From assembly GCA_001002325.1 (NCBI GenBank), contig LCNZ01000001.1, positions 67,773 through 131,772 of the forward strand: a stretch of DNA of 64,000 bases, given 5' to 3'. This DNA is from Candidatus Amesbacteria bacterium GW2011_GWB1_47_19 (GTDB lineage: Bacteria > Patescibacteriota > Microgenomatia > CAZETR01 > Amesbacteraceae). The position numbers were made by a program, and so were the translations under genes. Shown piece after piece: positions 28,410 to 37,808 of the stretch. The notes beneath the pieces were generated by a model. It searched no databases, had not been told where the DNA came from, and saw only the letters and a list, made by a program, of their open reading frames with translations. Every line of letters begins with the position of its first letter. Within the stretch, counting starts at the first letter, position 1.

Positions 28410-30728
28410 TCAGGGGGCCGGAGAAAAATCGATATCGACTTTCACAGGGCCTGACACCGGGGTATTATAGCGAAGATGTCCGGTGGAAGCAACGGAGGGA
28501 GTTGTATAGGAAGTGGCAAACCAATCCGGGGGGTATGAAATCCCAAGCTCAAGATCTGATGCATCAAGACCGGGTTGGTTCAGTAGATCCATTTGATAAT
28601 GAAAACGGCCATCAGGGACCGGTGGTTGAGTGGTGACGACTTCAAATTCAGAATCATCACCGGGTCGCGGATCAATTTTGATCTCGATAAAATTTTTACG
28701 GTCTGTAGTTTTACGCCAGTAATTTGACGGAGAGAAAGCGGTGCCGTTGACCATGATTGAACTTACACCTGCATCAGAAGCCAGATAAAGTCTGAAATAA
28801 ACCGGAGATTTAAGGTGAAGCCGCATGGCGAAAGTGGTGAGCACCTGGGCGGGAGTAATGTCGAACTTAATATTCTGCCGTATGTCCAGCGGTTCGGTCA
28901 GAGGCGTTGAATCCAAATGGGTAACAACGGGGTAGAAAAATGTATGAAAACAAGTCAGATTTCCGCGGCATTCGGGTAGAGTTAATCCCCCACTCCAGCC
29001 TGATTGAGACAATCCCGGAACCGAAAACGTAAGAGGTGCTATGAAGATTTCCCTGTTTTCCAATGATTGAGCAAGAGAGAACATAATCCGGGTTTGCTGA
29101 GATGGAGTAAGAGAACGCATTTGTTTTTCCAGGGCCAGGATAACGGTGGTTAAAAAATTGTCCGGGGCGGATTGGCCAACACGGGATGAAAAATCAGCCG
29201 AGGTTAAAACCTGTGATAAATCTGAAGCCTCAAGTTGTCCAACGTCAGATATCAGACGAGCCAAGGTGCGGGTGTTTAAGGCTATGACCACATTTATATC
29301 CAATGACAATTCTTTATTGACAAACCAGGCAATTTTGGCGGCGGCGGCCGGAAAGTCAGGGTCCCAATTGGCGTCCTGTAAAAGCCAACGATTACGACCT
29401 GTCGCCCTGGCAAAATCCGAAGGAGGTTCAGCCAATCCCCTGAATTGACCATCCGCGACATCAGCTGGAAGTGCCTGGAAATTGATAATGCGACCGTTCT
29501 GGGCTGTAATTATGGCTAAAGTATCAATTAAACCGCCGGAGGGTTTGGGCCGTGATGCGTCCTGAATGATCAGTAGATACTGAGTACGACCAGATCTGGA
29601 AAAGATACGCAGCATATCGGGGGCCAATAGTTGGAACCGGGACAAAAACTGTCTAGCGGAGGAAATTTGGACAGCGGCGGTAGTTAAGCGGGGTGAAGGT
29701 TTGGGAGATGACAAGTACATGTTTTTGAGGTCGGAGTTGAGGTAGGACAGGGATTCCGAAAGAGCGGAAAACTGGATTAGATACTCACCAGGATCAAGCC
29801 ACTGCCCCGGGGTGATGGAGTTTACGAAATATGCAAATAACTGATTGGCTTTCGCGGCGGACTTTTCCAACAGAACCAGACTGTCGGTGAGGTGGGTTAA
29901 AGTGTCTACTGATTCATGGAGAGGAAAGTTGAGACGATAGAACATATACGTTGAACCGGGCAGAAAGCGAGTCTGAGCGAGTATTGCCCGAGAGACAGCG
30001 GTTGCGCGGGCGGTGCAGATCGATGCCCGGGATATCCGTCCTTGAGGCAGGTGTTTTAGTGCGCAACCGGTAAAACCCCAGACCAACAGGAATTGGATCA
30101 GTATGACCAGATATGGAATCACCAAGACTCCGAACAGAACAAACCACGGAAAGTGCAAGTGAAAACGGTGTAATCGGAACCGTCGAAATTTTTTTCGGAG
30201 GGGAACAACCGGTGTTATTCGTGGCGATTGATATGCGTATCCATATTTAAAATGACGAATTATTTGTTGAGCAACGGCCGTTCTGTCTGAGTCGGGGTTT
30301 ACCTCTATAATGTGTGAGCGCAGACGGTGTGACTGGGAAAATTGAAGAAATAGAGTATGGGCCGTAGATTTCAGATGTGAGATGGAATCAGGAAGTATGA
30401 GTATAAAGCGAGATGAGTATCGGGAAGCAATCTGAAGTAAGTCATAAAGTTCGGTGGTGCAGGACAAAGTCTCGTTAAGTGAAGGGGAGCCTAACCCGGC
30501 GAGGTGAATGATAACGTCCGGGCGGCTAAACGGACCGGATGAGCCGGGATGAAAGTTTTCAATTTTGAAATTTCCCAGAGAAGTAAGTTGCATTGTTAAT
30601 TCACGGGCTAATGAATGCTGATGATGAGTCAGAAGGACAGAATTCCCGGAGGGTATAGTTTCTGAAATTAATTTTATTTTGGGCATTCTTTTTATTCTAA
30701 AGTAATTATCGTAAATAGACACTATCAA
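28410..30728 (-). CDS. DUF4012-like membrane protein with degenerate N-terminal epimerase-like fold
   Basis: YLLIIQD..RPKPSGGLI, LQDANWDPDFP; N-terminal PDVIIHLAG; start uncertain. Confidence 0.7.
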   Translation of the reverse strand: MIVSIYDNYFRIKRMPKIKLISETIPSGNSVLLTHHQHSLARELTMQLTSLGNFKIENFHPGSSGPFSRPDVIIHLAGLGSPSLNETLSCTTELYDLLQIASRYSSRFILILPDSISHLKSTAHTLFLQFSQSHRLRSHIIEVNPDSDRTAVAQQIIRHFKYGYAYQSPRITPVVPLRKKFRRFRLHRFHLHFPWFVLFGVLVIPYLVILIQFLLVWGFTGCALKHLPQGRISRASICTARATAVSRAILAQTRFLPGSTYMFYRLNFPLHESVDTLTHLTDSLVLLEKSAAKANQLFAYFVNSITPGQWLDPGEYLIQFSALSESLSYLNSDLKNMYLSSPKPSPRLTTAAVQISSARQFLSRFQLLAPDMLRIFSRSGRTQYLLIIQDASRPKPSGGLIDTLAIITAQNGRIINFQALPADVADGQFRGLAEPPSDFARATGRNRWLLQDANWDPDFPAAAAKIAWFVNKELSLDINVVIALNTRTLARLISDVGQLEASDLSQVLTSADFSSRVGQSAPDNFLTTVILALEKQMRSLTPSQQTRIMFSLAQSLENREIFIAPLTFSVPGLSQSGWSGGLTLPECRGNLTCFHTFFYPVVTHLDSTPLTEPLDIRQNIKFDITPAQVLTTFAMRLHLKSPVYFRLYLASDAGVSSIMVNGTAFSPSNYWRKTTDRKNFIEIKIDPRPGDDSEFEVVTTQPPVPDGRFHYQMDLLNQPGLDASDLELGISYPPDWFATSYTTPSVASTGHLRYNTPVSGPVKVDIDFSPAP

Positions 30729-30778
30729 TCATTACACTTTTTTTGTGGCTAGTTTTGACTATTTTTCGTGCCTGCTTA

Positions 30779-30813
30779 TTTCATGTTTTTGTCAATACAT
30801 CAAAAACATGAAA
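30779..30813. repeat. Perfect 13-bp inverted repeat with 9-nt spacer
   Basis: TTTCATGTTTTTG-TCAATACAT-CAAAAACATGAAA in the intergenic region. Confidence 0.8.
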
Positions 30814-30870
30814 ATCCCCGCATAATATAGGATGCTATTTCTGCCCTATTTACTGAGGTTATTTTAAAGA

Positions 30871-31302
30871 TTAATGGAGATTATCGAGGGTTATGTTGAC
30901 CAACCGATCCGCCTGATAATTTTGTAGCCGGGGAATGTATGAGTAATTTATATCGATGGATAGTTTGTCTGCTAGTTGTTTGGCAGTTAAAAATTTAATT
31001 CTTAACTGAGGTTCCTTAACTTTGAAATTACCGGAAAGCTGGTTGACTAGAAGTTGAGTGTCTAAGAAATAGTGGATAGCGATTAGGTTGTATGTTTTAG
31101 TAAATCGAATTTCAAGTAACCAGGAAAGAGAATCGATTACAGCCTGATACTCGGCCTGATTGTTGGTGGCATGGCCCAGGAATCTTCCTGATTGATGCAA
31201 GATACGGCCTGAGGGATCTTTGACTACAAAGGCTGCTGCGGCAGGGCCCGGATTACCCCGGGCTCCTCCATCACAGTAGATGTTTAAATATTTGGTGCTC
31301 AT
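30871..31302 (-). CDS. rnhA: Ribonuclease HI family protein
   Basis: YCDGGARGNPGP, TNNQAEY, DTQLLVNQLSG, PRLQN..AD. Confidence 0.9.
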   Translation of the reverse strand: MSTKYLNIYCDGGARGNPGPAAAAFVVKDPSGRILHQSGRFLGHATNNQAEYQAVIDSLSWLLEIRFTKTYNLIAIHYFLDTQLLVNQLSGNFKVKEPQLRIKFLTAKQLADKLSIDINYSYIPRLQNYQADRLVNITLDNLH

Positions 31303-31305
31303 TGC

Positions 31306-32493
31306 TCAGTGCTCAGTCCCCATATTTAATATTAGCAGAGAAAACAGGATTACCAGGAGAAGGCTGTTTTGATGAGCGGTAAGCCAATAATGATCTGACA
31401 TCCCGGAAATTAATACTACAGCAACCGGAAGCAGTAATGAGCGGCCCTTGAGACGCGTCATAAAATAACACATTATTAAGAAAGCTGGGATGCCAAGTTC
31501 GGAAATGAGAAGAAGAAACACATTGTGTACGGGCTGAAGAGTGAGGTTATAGGGAACAGTGGTTAGGTTATAGTATGGTTGGGCGGATGGAACATATGCC
31601 CCCAACCCCACTCCCAGTAAAAGATGATCCTTGATGACCGATAAGGAAACCCCATATTGAGACAAACGCTCGGGGATGGAGGAGGGGTTACCGGGCATGA
31701 GAGCAGGAGAGTAGAAGAGTAGAAGAGAAGAAAAGAGTAAAAGACTAATTTTTAATTTTAAATTTTTAACTTTCAGTAAGACCAAAAACACTAAGAATAT
31801 CGCTTCAATAATAATAGCTGTTCTGGAGAAGGTTACCGGAATGGTTATGATAGATGCCAGGATAGCGATTTTAGATATTAGAGATTTTGGATAGAGATAA
31901 TAGATAAGCAGGCCGGCGACTAACAGAAAACCGGCGAGAGCGTTGGGGTGAGGAAAAGTGGCATACGGCCTGAGTGTAAGTCCCAGGTTCCAAGTCTCAA
32001 ATTCCAAGTCTATTTTGGATATTCCGGGAGTAGACAAATTAAAAGTGCGTTCTCCCAACCAGTACCAGAGTCCACCAACTGAGGACTGTTTTAAAAACTG
32101 GATCCAAGTCAAAAACGAAACCCAGATTAAAGACAATTCTAATGACCAATTTAATATTTTTGGTAATTTTAAATCAAATTTAATAGTCAAATAACCAAAT
32201 AACCAAAAATATTCCAGAATCCGAATCCATCTAATGATAGTGACCATGGGGGAAAATGAAAAAAATGTATTCAGGGTTATGAAAATCAGAATCGGGAGCT
32301 GGATATGGGTACGAAATCCGGATATAAGAAAAAGAGACAGTATTAGGAGGTCTGTGAAATATAGAGTGGGAGAGAGGTAATCAAGAGGTAGGCCAGAAAC
32401 AAAGCTGAATGAGGGCCAGAAATGTAAGCCTAACTGGGAAGGAAGTGTTAATAGGAGAAGAATAAAAATATATTTTTCCAGACGACCCGACAC
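31306..32493 (-). CDS. O-antigen ligase/polymerase (Wzy_C) family protein
   Basis: RPYATFPHPNALAG, TFSRTA, GVGLG, PVHNVFLL..SELG. Confidence 0.85.
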   Translation of the reverse strand: MSGRLEKYIFILLLLTLPSQLGLHFWPSFSFVSGLPLDYLSPTLYFTDLLILSLFLISGFRTHIQLPILIFITLNTFFSFSPMVTIIRWIRILEYFWLFGYLTIKFDLKLPKILNWSLELSLIWVSFLTWIQFLKQSSVGGLWYWLGERTFNLSTPGISKIDLEFETWNLGLTLRPYATFPHPNALAGFLLVAGLLIYYLYPKSLISKIAILASIITIPVTFSRTAIIIEAIFLVFLVLLKVKNLKLKISLLLFSSLLLFYSPALMPGNPSSIPERLSQYGVSLSVIKDHLLLGVGLGAYVPSAQPYYNLTTVPYNLTLQPVHNVFLLLISELGIPAFLIMCYFMTRLKGRSLLLPVAVVLISGMSDHYWLTAHQNSLLLVILFSLLILNMGTEH

Positions 32494-32501
32494 GGATCAA
32501 A

Positions 32502-32966
32502 TTATACGGCCCGGGGGGAGATGATGACACTACGGTTGCGTCCGAGACCTTCGGAGGATGTGGTGACCTGGGGATGATCGGACAGATACATGTGGACTAT
32601 TCGGCGTTCTCCGGCGGGCATAGGCGGAAGAGAGTGGGGCTGTCCGGTGGCAATTACCCTGGTAACTGCTGAGTCGGCGAGAGAGTGAAGTGCGGACTCT
32701 CGACGTTCCCGATAATCATTGACGTTTATCGAGAGATTGAACCAGCGATCGAAACGGGAGTGCAGGTGCTGACCCAGAACCAACTGGAGAGCAGAGAGGT
32801 TTTCACCATGATATCCGATGATCAGTCCGGGTTCTGCCGTTTTCAGAAATACCTGCAGGGAATCAGGGTCAGTACCGGCTTCCACAGAGACTCCAGTAGG
32901 TGCGGGGAATTCGAACCGGTCAAGGAAGTCGTTGATGAGGGTAATGATTTGGCGGTTGGTATCCAT
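32502..32966 (-). CDS. Jag/KhpB-type KH + R3H RNA-binding protein
   Basis: GLIIGYHGENL, ERRIVH, SEGLGRNR; follows yidC. Confidence 0.88.
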   Translation of the reverse strand: MDTNRQIITLINDFLDRFEFPAPTGVSVEAGTDPDSLQVFLKTAEPGLIIGYHGENLSALQLVLGQHLHSRFDRWFNLSINVNDYRERRESALHSLADSAVTRVIATGQPHSLPPMPAGERRIVHMYLSDHPQVTTSSEGLGRNRSVIISPRAV

Positions 32967-33772
32967 CAGCGGTGTATTTTTTTCAACCAGGGGGTCAGAC
33001 CTCCCCAGCCGGTAGCGTAATATTGCTGGATTATACTGACGGCAGAGAAAATAAACCAGTAAATAACCAGTCCCGATGGAAACTGGAAACCTATAACCAG
33101 CGTCATTAAGGGGAAAAGATATAACATTTGCTGTTGGGCGTCCACCATGGCATCATCCGAAGCCTGAGGTGTCTTTTGGGCCAGTTTCTTTTCGCGATTC
33201 ACTACAGGCAGCATCATTTTTGAACTGATCAGCTGAACGAATGCCGAGAGTAGTAAAAAAATACCAGGAATGGGGATAGGGATGGAGGGGACACGGGAAA
33301 CATCCGGCTTTGTAAGGTCTAAATACAGAAATTTTGTAGACAAATGAAAATCCGAATCAAGACGGTTGAAGGAATAAAGCAGGGGATTAAGATGTTCTAC
33401 TAAACCGGCGCCATTTGGCTTGAGGACCGAATTGAGGGCGCTGAAGAGGGCAATAAGCACTACCAGCTGGATTATCTGAGGCAGGCATCCGGCGGCGGGG
33501 TTGGCTCCGTGTTGTTTGTAAAGCTCAGCCTGGGCAAGCGCCAGTCCCTGTTTATTCCCGGTGAATTTTTCTTTTAGTTTGGCCAGCTCAGGTGCCAACT
33601 CCTGCATTTTTTTACCCAACTTAAGGGACGGCAGAATCAGGGGGGTCATGGCTAAACGGAGGATAACAGTAAGAATAATAATCGCCCAACCTAAATTTCC
33701 AGTTACTTTATACAGAGCAATAAGCGAGTTTATCAGAGGATGAAAAAGCAATAGATTCCAAAGTTCGCGCAT
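32966..33772 (-). CDS. yidC: Membrane protein insertase YidC
   Basis: GWAIIILT, NPAAGCLP, FPSGLVIYW; conserved rpmH-rnpA-yidD-yidC order. Confidence 0.95.
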   Translation of the reverse strand: MRELWNLLLFHPLINSLIALYKVTGNLGWAIIILTVILRLAMTPLILPSLKLGKKMQELAPELAKLKEKFTGNKQGLALAQAELYKQHGANPAAGCLPQIIQLVVLIALFSALNSVLKPNGAGLVEHLNPLLYSFNRLDSDFHLSTKFLYLDLTKPDVSRVPSIPIPIPGIFLLLSAFVQLISSKMMLPVVNREKKLAQKTPQASDDAMVDAQQQMLYLFPLMTLVIGFQFPSGLVIYWFIFSAVSIIQQYYATGWGGLTPWLKKIHR

Positions 33773-33789
33773 ATATTAGATATGAGTAA

Positions 33790-34023
33790 TTAAGGAACGG
33801 GGTCGAAACCACCGGAGCGTCCGGGGTGGCAGCGCAAGATACGCTTTAATCCAAGTACACTGCCGTGTAGAATACCATATTTAACTATGGCTTGGTAGGT
33901 ATACTCTGAGCAGCGGGGAGTGTAGCGGCAGGCGGATCCGGGAAAAAGAAGGTGCATAAAGCCGGTATCAAATGAGAGGTATTTTTGATAAAACCGTATC
34001 AAGTAGAGCAGCAATTTCCGCAT
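33790..34023 (-). CDS. yidD: Membrane protein insertion efficiency factor YidD
   Basis: [24 protein letters not shown]. Confidence 0.95.
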   Translation of the reverse strand: MRKLLLYLIRFYQKYLSFDTGFMHLLFPGSACRYTPRCSEYTYQAIVKYGILHGSVLGLKRILRCHPGRSGGFDPVP

Positions 34024-34306
34024 CCGTTAAGTTTAGCATTGTACGGGAGGGGTGAAGAATGATGTCATTGCGAAGAGCTAATGGCGATGTATTCAGGAGA
34101 TTGTAGATTTTGCGGCGAAAGCGGTTTCTGACAACTGCCCGCTTGTGAAATTTAGAAGATGTGACGATGGCAAAACGAGCTGGTTGTTCGTTGTTCGTTA
34201 TTCGTTGATAGTAAATTAGAGAAAGATTGGGGGTGCGAATTTTGCGGCCGAGTTTTTGGACAGCTAAAAAATCAGTACGATGCAATCGGCGGGATTTGGA
34301 TATCAC
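33968..34306 (-). CDS. rnpA: RNase P protein component
   Basis: [10 protein letters not shown] (RNR motif); synteny. Confidence 0.9.
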   Translation of the reverse strand: MISKSRRLHRTDFLAVQKLGRKIRTPNLSLIYYQRITNNEQPARFAIVTSSKFHKRAVVRNRFRRKIYNLLNTSPLALRNDIILHPSRTMLNLTDAEIAALLDTVLSKIPLI

Positions 34307-34352
34307 TTGAATTAAATTCTAAATCCCAAAGCTCTAAAAACAAAACTATATA

Positions 34353-34493
34353 TTAAGAAACCGCAAGGCGGCGGCGGTCGGCGAGACGGCGACGGGCAAG
34401 TAAATTGCGTCCTGTGCGGGTAGACATACGGGAACGGAATCCATGTTTTCTGAGACGCTTGAGTTTCTTCGGCTGCCAGGTACGTTTGGGCAT
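34353..34493 (-). CDS. rpmH: 50S ribosomal protein L34 (absent from the ORF track)
   Basis: Hand translation [46 protein letters not shown]. Confidence 0.97.
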   Translation of the reverse strand: MPKRTWQPKKLKRLRKHGFRSRMSTRTGRNLLARRRLADRRRLAVS

Positions 34494-34544
34494 GGGTAAG
34501 AGTATAAGCGGAGGCAGGCAGAAGAGCAAGAGTAAATATACCTC

Positions 34545-34600
34545 TTGACTGAGTGTGGATAACTAGTATATGTTGCTTCTTGCCGGAAGAGTTATCCACA
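34545..34600 (+). promoter_or_regulatory. dnaA promoter with two perfect DnaA boxes
   Basis: TTGACT at 34545; TGTGGATAA 34554-34562; TTATCCACA 34592-34600. Confidence 0.8.
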
Positions 34601-34612
34601 ACTATAAAGGAG

Positions 34613-35965
34613 ATGATAGATAAAGAAAAAGTTTGGAAAGCAGTATTGGAAGCTTTGAGACTGGCAGTGTCTCCGGGTACTTACGGCACCTACTTAAAAC
34701 AGACGGAGTTGGCTGATGTCAGAGAAAAAGACGGCCGGCTATTGTGCGAGGTGGGTTGCGCTTCTTCTTTTGCCAAAAACACCCTAGAGCAAAGGTATTG
34801 GGGTCAAATCACGGAGGAATTGGAAAGGGTGACAGGTAATAAGTGTGAAATAATTTTGATAGTAAAAAGCAGAAAAGCAGATGAACAGGATAGTATAAGT
34901 GGTCCATTATTCGAGAGTAAAGAAGTCATTAAGGGAGGTTGGAAAAAAGCAAACCTGCGGGAAACTTTTACTTTTGACAACTATGCAGTAGCCGGCAGTA
35001 ACCAAATGGCGTTTGCGGCATCCCAGGCGGTAGCCCGCAAGCCGGGAGAGGCATATAATCCCTTGTTTATTTACGGCGGAGTAGGGGTGGGCAAGACGCA
35101 TTTAATGCAGGCGATCGGTCATGAGGTATTGAATAACGACAGAGGTTCAGTGTTGTTTTGTTCCGGAGAAGAATTTACCAATGATCTGGTGGAAGCCATC
35201 AGGTTTAAATCCACGGATAAAATCAGGCTTAGGTACCGGAAAGTTAAACTACTGATGATAGACGATGTGCAATTTATCGCGGGTAAACCAACCGTCCAGG
35301 AAGAGTTTTTCCATACTTTTAACGCCATCCAAAAGGAAGGCGGTCAAATCGTAATGACTTCCGACCGGCCACCGGCGGAAATTTCCAAACTTGAGGAAAG
35401 ATTGAGAAGCCGTTTCGGAGCGGGATTGATTGTGGACATCGGTCCGGCCGATTTTGAATTGAGAACCGCGATTCTGCTCATTAAATCCAGGCAAAGAAAA
35501 ATTGACCTGCCTATGGAAGCAGCCCAGGTAATTGCGAATAAAATTGAGGGGGTAAGAGAGCTTGAGGGTTTTTTGGTCCGGTTGATTTCCGAAGCGGAAA
35601 TGAAACAACAAGAAATTACTAAAGAGTGGGTGGAAGAAGTCCTGGAAATCGCCAAACCCGGTAACGGACGAGCTAAGATAATCACTTCTACGGAAGTGTT
35701 TTCTGTGGTGGGCAATTATTACAGGCTTGGTATACAACAATTGAAAGGGGAGAGAAGAACTAAAATGATAGCCTGGCCGAGACAAATATTAATGTATTTG
35801 CTGCGATATGAGTTGAAACTACCGCTGACAGAAGTGGGCAGAATGGTGGGAGACAGGGACCATACAACAGTAATGCACGGATCAAATAAAGTGAAACTGG
35901 GGATGGAGACAGACCAAAGAATAAAAACAGAGGTTGAAGACATTAAGAAAAAGTTGTTTACATGA
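34613..35965 (+). CDS. dnaA: Chromosomal replication initiator DnaA
   Basis: YNPLFIYGGVGVGKTHL, IDDVQF, EEFFHTFN, RDHTTV; AAGGAG RBS before ATG 34613. Confidence 0.98.
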   Translation: MIDKEKVWKAVLEALRLAVSPGTYGTYLKQTELADVREKDGRLLCEVGCASSFAKNTLEQRYWGQITEELERVTGNKCEIILIVKSRKADEQDSISGPLFESKEVIKGGWKKANLRETFTFDNYAVAGSNQMAFAASQAVARKPGEAYNPLFIYGGVGVGKTHLMQAIGHEVLNNDRGSVLFCSGEEFTNDLVEAIRFKSTDKIRLRYRKVKLLMIDDVQFIAGKPTVQEEFFHTFNAIQKEGGQIVMTSDRPPAEISKLEERLRSRFGAGLIVDIGPADFELRTAILLIKSRQRKIDLPMEAAQVIANKIEGVRELEGFLVRLISEAEMKQQEITKEWVEEVLEIAKPGNGRAKIITSTEVFSVVGNYYRLGIQQLKGERRTKMIAWPRQILMYLLRYELKLPLTEVGRMVGDRDHTTVMHGSNKVKLGMETDQRIKTEVEDIKKKLFT

Positions 35966-36185
35966 GAGGGGGATAGTTTGGGGAGATGTTGTATTTAAAT
36001 CGGGATGGGTGTATACAACTGACAGACAGATAACAACAATAAAAAAATTGTCAACAATCAACTACCAAGTTATCCACAATTCGGCAGGCTCATTGTTAAC
36101 AGAAAACAAACCCGAAAATTAAATTCCAGTTTTATAATTTATTAACTTATCCACAAGACCTACTACTGGTACGACTAAATTATAA
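35966..36185. other. Probable oriC (dnaA-dnaN intergenic region)
   Basis: Perfect TTATCCACA at 36070-36078 and 36147-36155, degenerate boxes (TTGTCAACA, TTGTTAACA), AT-rich stretch, DnaA-trio-like CTACTACT..ACGACTA after the last box. Confidence 0.8.
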
Positions 36186-37313
36186 ATGAAAGCTATAATA
36201 TTACAGGAGAACCTGAGTAAAAGCCTAGGTTTAGTGGGGAGGGTGGTGTCCAGTCGGGGTCAGATGCCGGTATTGGGAAACGTGTTAATAGAAGCCACAA
36301 AAGTGGGGCTGGTGCTGTCAGCAACCAATCTGGAAATGGGTTTGAGAGTGGAAGCGGGGGGTAAAGTAACGGAGGAGGGGGGGATAACGGTGCCGGCGAA
36401 GAATTTGGCGGAATATGCGGGATCTTTGGAATCGGGGAACGTGGAATTGACGGGGGAGGGTGAAAAGCTGAAAGTAAAAGGGGGAAAATCTGAGGCAACT
36501 TTTGCCGGGATTGCAGCAACCGAATTTCCGGTTATTCCCAGGCTGAACGAGAAAACTGCCAAGTCCGACAGGTACAAAATCAGCAGGAAGATCGTACTGG
36601 AAATCGCCCAACAAGTGGCATTTGCGGCCGCAGGAGATGAAAGCAGGCCGGTGCTGACCGGAATCAAACTGATGAAAACGGAAACAGGATTGACGGCCGT
36701 GGCCACTGACGGATTCAGGTTGAGCCGGAAAAGGATTGATAAAGCGGGATTGGGTGGGGGAGGAATTGGAGAGGCGGGATTGATTTTGCCGGCAAGAACA
36801 ATCTTAGAGCTGGCCAGATTGGCATCAGAAAGTAAAGGCGGGGAAATAATTATGGAAAAGGCAGAGGAAAATAACCAGGTGATTTTCGGATGCGACGGGA
36901 TTCAGCTGGTGTCAAGGATACTGGAAGGAAATTTTCCGGATGTGGAAAAAATAATTCCGGTTGAGAAAAAAACATCACTGACAGCAGACAGAGAAAACCT
37001 GTTGAGGGCGGTAAGATCGGCGTCAATTTTTGCCCGAGACAATTCTAATATCATCAGATTTAAAATGGATGCTTCCGGTTTTAAAATAACAGCTTCAGCT
37101 CAGCAGACCGGGGAAAGCGAGATTGAGTTGGAGGCGGAAAAAGAGGGTGAAGATGTGGAAATCGCTTTCAATTACCGCTATGTAATAGACTTTTTGGGAA
37201 GTACCGACATAGAAAGGGTGAGGCTGGTTTTGAACGGTAACCTGGCGCCGGGAGTGTGGTCATGGGAGGGGGACGAGAGTTTAATTCACCTGATCATGCC
37301 GGTGAGGGTTTAG
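36186..37313 (+). CDS. dnaN: DNA polymerase III beta clamp
   Basis: ATNLE, RPVLTG, VATDGFRLS, EGNFPD, LIMPVR. Confidence 0.98.
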   Translation: MKAIILQENLSKSLGLVGRVVSSRGQMPVLGNVLIEATKVGLVLSATNLEMGLRVEAGGKVTEEGGITVPAKNLAEYAGSLESGNVELTGEGEKLKVKGGKSEATFAGIAATEFPVIPRLNEKTAKSDRYKISRKIVLEIAQQVAFAAAGDESRPVLTGIKLMKTETGLTAVATDGFRLSRKRIDKAGLGGGGIGEAGLILPARTILELARLASESKGGEIIMEKAEENNQVIFGCDGIQLVSRILEGNFPDVEKIIPVEKKTSLTADRENLLRAVRSASIFARDNSNIIRFKMDASGFKITASAQQTGESEIELEAEKEGEDVEIAFNYRYVIDFLGSTDIERVRLVLNGNLAPGVWSWEGDESLIHLIMPVRV

Positions 37314-37804
37314 AGTTTTTGAACTTTCTCCGTTTGCTCTTCTATACCGCCAGATGAACCCTCCGGAACCGGTAAAGGCTGAAAGCGATGATATATGGGT
37401 TCCTGAAAAACCCCATAAACGGAAATAACATATTCAGTATTGTAGGTCCAGGAAGGTTTGGGGGCTACGTAGAGGGTTCTTTTATCCTGGCTGACCTGGG
37501 CGTTTACCGGCTGAAAAGGGGAAACAAAGACACGAATCGAGGTAAGGTTGATTTCCTGATCAAAAGTAAAAGCCAAAGCCATTTCGGGAAAAGCAAGCTT
37601 GGGTTGAGCGTCGGGGGGATAAATTTGCACCAATTTGGGGTCGGGAGTTGGATATTGGGTGGTGTTGGGTTGGATTATGACCGGAGGCGGGGGCGGGGGA
37701 GTAGGGGAGGAGATTTGCAGATAGAGATAAACGAGTGAAATAAGGGACAAAACGCACAATCCCAGAAGAATTTTTTTAGATTTAGGAGAAAAGCGCGAAA
37801 ACAT
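37310..37804 (-). CDS. Membrane-anchored Ig-like (Big_5-type) domain protein
   Basis: TM, Pro-rich linker, FTFDQEI...TLYVAP..W.YNTEY; last gene of the T4SS-like operon. Confidence 0.65.
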   Translation of the reverse strand: MFSRFSPKSKKILLGLCVLSLISLVYLYLQISSPTPPPPPPVIIQPNTTQYPTPDPKLVQIYPPDAQPKLAFPEMALAFTFDQEINLTSIRVFVSPFQPVNAQVSQDKRTLYVAPKPSWTYNTEYVISVYGVFQEPIYHRFQPLPVPEGSSGGIEEQTEKVQKL

Positions 37805-37808
37805 GAAT

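Noticed and set aside
34312-34599. 95-aa ORF upstream of rnpA
   Set aside because: Alternative frame over the real rpmH and the dnaA promoter
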